In this document: piece by piece, positions 1-64,000 of the stretch
Position numbering within the stretch: position 1 is the stretch's first letter
Layout of the letters: each line of letters opens with the position of its first letter
Source: Eledone cirrhosa
Taxonomy: Eukaryota
NCBI GenBank assembly: GCA_964016885.1
Contig: OZ024745.1
Coordinates: forward strand, 58,590,001-58,654,000
Direction of reading: 5' to 3'
DNA length: 64,000 nucleotides
The notes under the pieces: model-generated
What the model was told of the DNA's origin: nothing
The model's input: the letters and a program-made list of their open reading frames with translations, nothing else
Databases searched by the model: none
Position numbers and translations under genes: made by a program

Positions 1-59
1 TGTTAGTTAATGAACCATTTAAATCTAATGTACTTAATATGTGAATAGACCGCTCCTAA

Positions 60-260
60 ATTTGTCGCTTCCACAAACCTGGATACTCTCACCCGTAATG
101 TATAGGAACGGAAGATAGACAAATGGTGGGACATTGCCCTCCATTTCTTATTCATGTCGATTGCCGTCGAGATCTCTGGTGTCCTCGGTCCCCGAAAACC
201 CGTTTTCCTCCACAAAATTAGGGAGGAGTGCATTCCGCCTAAGGAAGGAGCCCCACATGT
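60..260 (+). mobile_element. Decayed C-terminal restriction-like endonuclease fragment of a CRE-type non-LTR retrotransposon
   Basis: Translates KWWDIALHFLFMSIAVEISGVLGPRKPVFLHKI, resembling the F.PIAVET.G..G...FL motif of REL domains. Confidence 0.45.
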
Positions 261-967
261 CGTGTAGCTGATATAGCTGATATATATACCATATATACGA
301 CGTAGAGTAAGGTTTAGAGTCAGCTGCTACTCCCCTCCCCATTCCCCATACTTTCGTCATTCAATCTTTTTTTCTTTTTCTTCTTTTTTATGTCAGTCAT
401 GCAATTTAATTACAATAAAATATGGAAACAAACTTTCATAAGAGTTATAAGAGTTATATCCCTTCTTAAATATAAGTTATTTCCCTTACATGTTCTTACA
501 TTAGTTTAACAATAAAAAAAAACTGTATGGAATGCAACAGGAGCAAATATTAGCACTTTCTCTGTTATTCACTAAGTTGGGTTGGATTTTTTTTTACTGG
601 AAAATAAACGAAATTAAAAACTGATACAGGATAAATGATAAGTTTTACAATTAGGTTTTGCAGACAAACATCATAATATAAAAGATAATCTTATATATAA
701 GATTACATTCGATAATATATTAGATTCCCGATGGTTAAAAAAAGAAAAGACAGGTTTGTTGTGGTTGGAACGTTTTTAATCATTGGTCTGATAGCTAAAT
801 AATATATACTTTATACACCACCAGTAATCACTTATTCAAGATAACTCATTCAAATTGAAATCAATCTTAAACGTATTAGTTATTTCTCTATTGAGTGTAG
901 CATCTACAAACTTTACGCCATGAAACATTTCATTATTTCATTTGTCTAACATTTCATTATTTCATTT

Positions 968-1066
968 GCCGAGGTTAACTTTGCCTTTCATCCTTACGGC
1001 GTCGATAAAATAAAGCACCAGTAATACACTGGGATGATTGCTGGCCTTGTGCCAAAAGTAGAAACA
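968..1066 (+). mobile_element. 5'-truncated tRNA-derived SINE (Meta/MESC-like core, octopus type)
   Basis: gccgaggttaactttgcctttcatccttacgg.gtcgataaaataaag...gaaacaatt, shared with more than 10 copies in the window. Flanked by near-identical attatt(t/g)catttgtctaac. Confidence 0.85.
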
Positions 1067-1109
1067 ATTATTGCATTTGTCTAACTACTCTACTCCAAAT
1101 TTGAATTTA

Positions 1110-3150
1110 CAAACGCTTCCCAGAGTTCGTTATACACCTATGGAATATCATAAAGATGATATGACAGAGATGAGAGTTACAAACCAATGGAGGGGTGTCT
1201 AAAGTGGGAAACAACTCAAAACACTAATCCGTTCCAGTCTGCCTAACTTCTCAATGTCAAAGGAAAGGCAATTTTCATCATTCTGTTCCGAAGATTGACT
1301 GCGTTTCTCCTCAGAAACTGCTGCATCGAATACTTTCGACCCCACTGCAAAAAGTTGTGATCTTTGGAGTTCCTCATTGCTTGGAGCAGATTGGTGTTGT
1401 CATGCAGTTCCTCAAAGACGCCTAAGAGAATAGAAGTGATCTACTTGTTTTATGTTTGGATCGAGCAAATATTTATGGGTCTATACAACACTGACAGGTT
1501 GAGTTTGCACTGCACCGTCACCATGTTCCCAGTAAGACAAATGACTTTATCCTGGATTACTACACTAGATTCAGACTGGGTGTCACTTGTGGATTGGGGA
1601 CATCTTAATGGCACCGACTTGGGGAAGCAATAATAACAGGTTGCGCCGTCTCCGTTATTCGTTTTGCGCTTGTCGTGAATATGGTGAGCGAGAGAGTCAA
1701 AGTTGAATATGGAGGTAATCTATTCAAATTAGATGTACGACAGTCACCAATATGGACGACCTGGCCATCACAATAACATCGACCCTAAAGAGTAAGCGAA
1801 TCTGATCCTACAAGGGGATCACCTGTGTAAGAATAGCTTTTATGCCTGCGAAGTCAAGGATTATGAGTACTGAAGAAAGAGAAGTTAGTTAACAAATTCA
1901 ATTTTCTGTCATGTTAGTTTCAGGGTAACTGGTCATGAGTCTAAAGGAAGTTTTTCCTTCAGACTTTGATTCAGCTCTAAAAGATTCTGCTGTCATAGAG
2001 TTCAGGAAAGACATTAAACACTGGTTTATCAAGGTCGACAAGTATGGCCTGCATGGAAGATTCAAAGCCTGGACACACCAATAGGCTATTCAAATCCAAA
2101 TTCTGGGGCATCTGTTGGTCCACACAATGAATTGAAGACAGGGGATTCTCTTAAAAGGAAGATAGCAACTTTCTCTGCAGGCGGCCGGGTGGACCTTTCC
2201 AGTAGTTTCAGCAGTACAGCACTATATAGGACTATCAACATCTTGCAATTCCCATTCAGTGGCCTCACCGTGGAGAATATGGTAGCGTGAGAGAAGTTCT
2301 GTAGTCCAGGAACTCCAAGAACCAGAGTGTGCCATTAGTTGGAATCCTGGGTAGAACAGGAAGGAAAAAGAGAATTGAAAAGGCGGTACATGTATGGATG
2401 TCACAATTAAGGCAAAGGGCACCATTGGATCTTGTAGAGAAGGCTTGAGATACTTTGCAAAGACTCACATTGGAAATATCGAAACCAAGAAGCAACTCCA
2501 TCTTATCAAAGTAGTCAACAATATTTAAGCAATTCCAGGTAATCTCCATGCCTGGGACAAGAGCGAGACACCTTGCTCGCTCTGCTTTAGAAAGGAATAG
2601 TTAGAAATCTCAGCAGCTGCCCAATTGTTCTTGAAGGGCCGCTACCTTTAGCCTCATGATCAGGTACCTAACAGCAGTCGCTGAAAGCTCTGTCACTATC
2701 ATAGACATGAATAAATACTACCATGCTCAAAAGAAATTTATTACGTTTGTCAAAACGGGCTTCCTTTACACTGGCAATTGCTTATCTATCTGGACAAGCA
2801 GTTGAGGTTTACACAGTATATCGCACAAACATTGCTCCGGCCAGTGTAAGTGCTTTGCATCTCATATGATTCAAGGAAAGCACTTACACTACCATGGGAA
2901 GAGTGCATTGATAAAGCCAACGAAAGAAAACGCACAAAGTACGTAGACAAGTGTCAGAACAGAGGTTGGAAGACGCACTGTAAGCTTCTGAGGTTGGCTA
3001 TATAGGCTTCACAGAACGCTCATTCAACAAGGGTTTTACAGGAGTATCAAAGAGGAGGTTAATTCAATCAATAAGAGTAACTACAGAGAAAGACACCTGA
3101 TGCGTTAAGATTAAAAGACTGATATATGGGTGATGGAACTGGGATGCAAT
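1110..3150 (+). mobile_element. Degenerate HERO-like (R2-group, REL-type) non-LTR retrotransposon, RT plus endonuclease remnant
   Basis: Frame-broken motifs in the expected order: LCLDRANIYGSI (~1450), TGCAVSVI (~1637), MDDL (~1752), PAKSR, VDKYGLHGRFKAW (~2035), GRYL*PHDQV (~2637), LTLPWEECIDKANERKRTKY (~2885), EVGYIGF (~2990). Confidence 0.8.
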
Positions 3151-3499
3151 CCTGGATGGGCTAAAAGATAATGTTCGTGCCACCCATGTATGAGAAAAAG
3201 GTCAAAGGATGGCAATTCTCAAAACTGAGAAGCAGCCATTATACTTCAAGCCGTGTAATTGTTCAACTGCAAACTTCAACAAATCCGAATACTGCATCAT
3301 TTAGTATTATTCCATGAACGATAACAAAAGCACTTTTTCTTTCAATACATACCTTTTATTTTTTATTTTCAAAGATGTATATTTAATAAAGCCACAATGA
3401 AATCTTTTATTTAAATATAGAAGCCTATGCATAAGCATTTTCCTCTAGTTATTGTTAAATAAATTAGTATTCTTACGTAAGCCTCAAATACATTGATTT

Positions 3500-5045
<1,546 letters not shown>

Positions 5046-5215
5046 AAACGAATAAATATATGTATATTCGTATCGTATGTATTAGTAATTTGTCATATTC
5101 TATATGGTAGTTATTTGTCACATATAATTTTACAAAAGCATTTACTATGTATATATATATGGACAAGAGAGAAATGACTGGGTTGACACGAATTTGTCAA
5201 GAAAAATGATTCTCG

Positions 5216-57770
<52,555 letters not shown>

Positions 57771-58759
57771 CTGAAAAGATAATAAAAATAAGAAGAAATA
57801 GTGAATTACTTCGAGATATATAGTATGTAACATTTTTAGTTTTAATCTGATAGATGAAACGAAGCGTGGATTTGCTATTTCCATTTAGAAACTACATGGT
57901 CTGGACAGAAAATATATATGAAATATACAGTTATATCTAGAATGTAATATCTCTCGTATTCTCTCATTTTAAAAATTGGTATGACATATAGGAAGAGACT
58001 GGGCCTATGGACTTCACAATCACTCAAACTCCAGTGGGATACTCTTGGATGTCAACACATTGATGGCTGGAGGAAAAACATGTAAATGGAAAAAATTCCA
58101 GAGAGTTTACTTTCGGTGAAGGTACAAAAAGCTGAAGTGGTTAATGTGAAGACACGATATGAGTGAGGAAAGAGGAGGGTGTGAAAATCTTTATATTTTC
58201 CCTCTTGTCGGCTGATGTGGTGGCAATTAAGAATGATTAGTTGAATCATTTGAGCCCTTTTCACGGAATTCCTACGCTTGTCATCATTTTTGCTGCCTTG
58301 AAATAACCCTTTTTTTTCGGTGAAAAAAGACAGGATTGTACTTAGAATGTTCAGAGTCGAAACAGATATCCTAAACAATGAAAATAGAGATGTTGTAGTT
58401 TGATTTAGAGATCCAATATAAAGATTCCTTTATACAGAACTTCAATGAAAAAAAACAACCATATTAGTGTTATATTCGTTGTCAACAGATTCCTGGTGTT
58501 TGGAAGCAGAACAGATAAGATTCGTTATGTTATAGCAACAGGTAAGGCAGAAAGTGTTGCATTTTCTTTTTGTAGAGGCTGGGCAATGCTCGAGTGAAAC
58601 TAGTATTGAAGAAACAAATAAATGAACAAATAGTGTGCCAAATCAAAAGAAAATCCATCTAACTATGACTCATAAACATCATTAATATTATAGATTAATT
58701 TCCATAAGGTTATGGCAGTTGCCGGAAATTAATCGAGAACATTTACATGACACTGGCTG

Positions 58760-58790
<31 letters not shown>

Positions 58791-58866
58791 TGTATGTATG
58801 TATGTATGTATGTATGTATGTATGTATGTATGTATGTATGTATGTATGTATGTATGTATGTATGTA

Positions 58867-58910
<44 letters not shown>

Positions 58911-59619
58911 TGTGGGTACGTAAATATGTATATCTGCATCTATGTATAAATACCGAATTGACAGAGTTGTTAAAATGTTGTATAGAAAGCTTTGTATTAT
59001 TCGATCCGGTTCTCTGCCCTCTGTGTTCAAACCATCTCTTCTACTAGTACTTTTGTTATATCAACTATCATATTAATAATTTCTAAGTATTTAGTTAATA
59101 AGCTTAGTTTCTCTGTTAATAGTTCATTTGGGTCTTTGTCTTACATTTTATCATGATTAATAAAACAGTGCAATTAGCACAAATTACTTGATCTAATCCC
59201 CTATCTGTCTTTCGCTGATTGTCAAATGGCTTTTCTTTCAACTTAACCTTTAAAAGGTTATGGACTATGTAATCTGCGCTGTAAAATGAAAGAAAATTGT
59301 AACTTTATATAAATATCATGTTATTGTTACTTAGTCCCTGGTCAGCAATAGTTAAGTAAACCTATGACTACTAGGGTTCTATCCATAATAATTCCACCTT
59401 TTATTAAGACGGTGTATGGAAGACTACATTATACTATAAATGAAGATCTATATTTTGTTAAAGGCCGTGACTTCTGGTTTCCCTACCCCGTTGAAAAATT
59501 GGCTGCTTTGTTTTTAGCAGGTCAAGTAATTATTTGAATTGTGTTCGTTTTGCTGTTGCTGCTATTGCTTATTCTATTGGTGTCTAGTTAGTGCAGTTAT
59601 GTGATTTCTTCTTATTATT

Positions 59620-60190
59620 ATGGTAGATTGGCAGAATCGGTAGAGCGTCAGACACCATGCTTTCTAGCATAGTTACGGCCCTTGCCATTCTGAATTCAAA
59701 TCCCGCCGAGGTTAACTTTGCCTTTCATCCTTACGGGGTCGATAAAATAAAGTACCAGTAATGTACTGGGTAATTGCTGGCCTTGTGCCTAAAGTAGAAA
59801 CAATTATTATGGATGGCGATGAATTGGCAGTATCGGTAGAGGTTCGGACATGCTTTCCAGCATAGTTACGTCCCTTTACGATCTGAGTTCAAATCCCGCC
59901 GAGGTTAACTTTGCCTTTCATCCTTACGGGGTCGATAAAATATAGTACCAGTAATGTACTGGGTAATTGCTGGCCTTGTCCCAAAAGTAAAAACAATTAT
60001 TATGGATTGGGAGAATCGGTAGAGAGTCGGACGCCATGCTTTGTAGCATTGAGTTACGGTCCTTTACGTTCTGAGTTCAAATCCTGCCGAGGTTAACTTT
60101 GCCTTTCATCCATACGGGATCGATAAAATAAAGTACCAGTAATGCACTGAGGTAATTCCTGGCCTTGTGCCTAAAGTAGAAACAATTATT
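59620..60190 (+). mobile_element. Three head-to-tail SINE copies
   Basis: Units of ~190 bp, each with A-box (tggcagaatcgg) and B-box (gagttcaaatcc)-like motifs, core and attatt tail. Confidence 0.92.
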
Positions 60191-61449
60191 ATGGATTCTG
60201 TAATACTTGTTGCTATTTTCGTTGTAAGGATCCAGATGGATCACGAAGTAAATACATCGAATCTTGTGTTACGATGGAGACATTTTAAGTATCAGAATTT
60301 ATCTAGCTGTCATTCCAGCAGACTAAATCTTTCTCACATTTTCCCCACTACCGATTATTCCCCATCTCTGTCAGATTTCCAACGAAAAGGCTTTCGAACT
60401 CTAACATGATTATTTCAATATTTCCAATCTCCTGTGATTGATGATTGAATTGCTCCTTTCATTGGATTTGAATGTTTCTGGCATGGTTTGGATATAAGAC
60501 CATTATTATAGAGTAGCTTTCATTGATGTTTATATTGTTATTGCTATTTAAACTGTTGACTTTGTTTTCAAGTCATGATGCCATTCGTTGTATTGTATAC
60601 AGACAATACATAATTGGGCTGTAAATTATTAATATGTATCTCTTAATTCCAGTGGAGTACAATGAAAATGCGTGAATGTCAACATTTCTAATTCAAATAT
60701 TAGCTTTGTTGCATAATCTGAGGTTATTGTAGAATTGTGAGAATTCACAAAGCCATATTGTTGTATTGCTTTTGTTGCTAATGTTACCGATCATACTATT
60801 AAGTTTTAAATAAAAACAGTAAAGCATCAAACTAGAAGCAGTTAATCAGATTATTTGTCAAGCTGAAAAATGTTTTGGGCGTCTATAAGGGTGATATATA
60901 CAGCTTTCGTTTAGAAAAAATTAAGATAGAAGATTAAGAGTAATTCCAAGGTTTCTTAAACTTTCCAGTGATAGTAATGAGAACTGCTATTTTAGAAAAC
61001 ATTAAAATATCTTAAAAGCGTAGTAGGCGTTTCCAAGAAGCGACATTTGTTCTGTGTCCAGACCTACGGGATGTTAGTTTAATCTGAATAGCTGTTATGA
61101 CACGTAGACTAAATCTGATTGTCAAACAAAAACATCAATGTTCCACTATCATCTTCGTTTAGCCATGATAGTTTCCTCTGGTAAGCGTAGTAAACGAAGT
61201 TGCATGAAAGAAAGTGTAAAAATTGAAGTTAGATATTTTATTCTCAGTTGAAAAACGCGTCGTATCACAAAAAGGATTAGAGGAAGATAGAGAAAGAAAT
61301 CACATACTTAAAGATCAAAAGATCCCATAACTCCTTGTAGAATTACCGAGGCACCGTCATACGGCGTGTCTAGGACACGTTTAAACCTGGTGGAGCTCAA
61401 CTCTCTCCAGGTCTGAATACACCCCATTTTTTTCTATAGAGGAAGAATT

Positions 61450-61705
61450 GGCAATATTACTGGACTGGTACTTTTTTTTATCGACCTCGAAAGGATGAAA
61501 GGCAAAAGACTACTATACTCTCCCTATAAAACGACCAACTCGTACCTAAGTTACATGCACTGGGATCGATATAATCGACCTCGAAAGGATTAAAGGCAAA
61601 GTTGACCACGACAGGATTTGAACTCAGAACGCGCGATCAGGTGGGACGATTACCGTAAAGCATTCTATCCGACTTCTTAAGGACTCTGCCATTTCGTCGC
61701 CGCTT
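61450..61705 (-). mobile_element. Rearranged older SINE(s)
   Basis: atcgacctcgaaaggat.aaaggcaaa occurs twice, followed by ggatttgaactcagaac. Confidence 0.65.
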
Positions 61706-62047
61706 AAGATAACTGACCATTAAAGTTGACGAACATAAAAACTCAACTAACATGCTTTTTTTTTAATGAAATCTGAAATCAGTTATCCACACAAACCCAC
61801 GCCCCCCCCCCCCCTCCCATACACACATGAAAAGACAATTATCTTAGCAAGATACAAGTCGCCTTATAAAGGCTTGGTTGACAATTACGATTGTTAGATG
61901 TAATAATATAATAGTTCTATATTTTAGAACCTACAGTGCCATTCAATGAAATGTTACTGTTATTTAAAACACACAATGATATATATGGGATCTAAATACG
62001 TTGAAAATGAGCTCCTGTAATTTTTCTTCATTATAACTAAAAAAAAA

Positions 62048-62235
62048 GGCGGTGGATTGGCAGTATCGGCAGAGGGTCGGACGCCATGCTTTGACGCATA
62101 GAGTTACGGCCCTTGCCGTTCTGAGTTCAAATCCCGCCGAGGTTAACTTTGCCTTTCATCTTTATGGGGTCGATAAAATAAAGTACCAGTAATACACTGG
62201 CTAATTGCTGGCCTTGTGCCTAAAGTAGAAACAAC
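62048..62235 (+). mobile_element. Full-length young SINE with TSD
   Basis: Starts ggcggtggattggcagtatcgg; flanked by tataactaaaa at 62032-62042 and 62236-62246. Confidence 0.92.
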
Positions 62236-62712
62236 TATAACTAAAATAATGACGAACCACGGAGTGATCACTTACTAATACAAGGTGTATGCACCAATTC
62301 AAGTAGCGAGCACATTGTATATCGTACAATGTATCTCTAAATATCGCCTCATTGGAAGGAGCCATCATTCTTGGTCGAACAATCAAATTAAATCAATGCA
62401 ATGAAAAGGATATGGCTGTTGATCTAGATAATATTTTGCAAGATTGTAAACAAGTGAAGCGTTGTCTAACGCTATGATCACTATCATCATAGTCAGCAAC
62501 CTGTTGCTTAAATGCTGATATGTATATATATATATATATATACTCATGTATAAACATACACACACACACACACATACAAAAACATACACATACATGCAGG
62601 TGCATACACACACAGACTACATAAAAATAGTCACACGTACACACATGCGCATACACACAAACGTGCACACTCACGCGCACACAAACAATACAAAATGCTC
62701 ACAGACACACAC

Positions 62713-62765
<53 letters not shown>

Positions 62766-63332
62766 TGCATAAACACACACACACTCACACATACAGAAAC
62801 GCACACACATACACACACGTGCACACACACAAAAATATACATCAAAATTCACAGACACACGCAGACACATGCACGCACACTTCTATCAATGATATACAAA
62901 TCATACACACACGCACACAGAAGCAATAATTCACACCCATGAAATGAACCCCATCGGCACACACAAACCAATATCCATGACACACATGGACTCTCCACCT
63001 TGGCCGTCACTCCTGAATGCTGGACTATTCTCCTACCACTTCCAGCCTTCTTAAAACCTTTCATCCAAAACTCCCATGTTCTAACTTTTTCTCTCTCTCC
63101 CCCCGAACTCTCTATCTTCTAAAGAAGGACGTTAGTCGGAAACGTCATACCCTCTTCTACATCTTCATAAGCGTGAAACTAATAAGTCTATTTTGGCATA
63201 TTTACATTTGTCTTGTCATTTCTTGACCAAAGCTAAATTGAAAGCACGGGTAGAGGGTAGAATAGTAACAACACAAAGTAATAAGTAAGGACAATATAAA
63301 GACATATAAAGACACACAAGGATAAAACTAAT

Positions 63333-63476
<144 letters not shown>

Positions 63477-64000
63477 TGGAACAAGTAACCAACTAGTGAC
63501 AAGTAGGAAAGAGAGATAATGAATCGATAAATAAATTTATAAATAAATAAACAAATAAATAAAAGTCACACACGGGTATAACGCATGCGTAGCCCAAGTA
63601 CACAGCTTACAAAAACATGACGGTGCAAGACACAACAAAGGAGAGACACCAAGTAACAATAAAAAGTATTTACTGAGGAGGTTACAGAATGTATGTCTAA
63701 AGAGCTTTGATAATCAATAACTAAACAACCCTTCGGTTATTAAACTAACTGAGAAGTTATAATGGTAATTTGAAGTGAAATCCAACAGGTGCTTGTGTTT
63801 TTTATTAGCAGCATGATTCTCCAAAAGGATAACAATATATATATATATATATAATATTCTTTTATGTTTTGCGATGACCTCCCCTTTCCGCTTGATGGCC
63901 GTGTGAGATTTCTCATTGTGAGACTGCTGGAATTTCAAATTTGGCGCTCATTCTGGCACGGAGGGGTGCCATCGCTGAACATTAATATCGGTAAGGATTT

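Noticed and set aside
59620-60190. Repeated units that could suggest a tRNA cluster or CRISPR-like array
   Set aside because: They are SINE copies: no full cloverleaf, no repeat-spacer structure, eukaryotic context.
63611-63700. Candidate upstream exon with a gtaagc donor and hydrophobic phase-1 reading (KYFLLLLGVSPLLCLAPSCF)
   Set aside because: No in-frame ATG before an upstream stop; cannot be distinguished from chance.

Overview
AT-rich, microsatellite-dense animal genomic DNA, most likely octopus (inferred from the SINE families). Almost all ORFs in the supplied track are (TA)n/(CA)n/trinucleotide artefacts. Reading splice sites by hand gives one real gene on the minus strand, spanning at least 5216-57770 in 7 phase-compatible exons, two of them microexons (9 nt and 30 nt). 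It encodes a single-pass receptor: signal peptide, CUB, an 8-cysteine LDLa variant, TM and a low-complexity tail (MIG-13/LDLRAD2/Culd/Neto-like). Its start-codon exon was not found. The introns and flanks hold decayed HERO-, CRE-, Tx1/L1-, R4-like and Penelope retroelements, two Helitrons, nested MITEs and many tRNA-derived SINEs. The most unusual signal is a cluster (44.9-57.0 kb) of short fold-back elements lodged in (TA)n tracts. They are unrelated in sequence but share one architecture, and several carry hammerhead-ribozyme cores, consistent with Penelope-like pLTR-derived inverted inserts.
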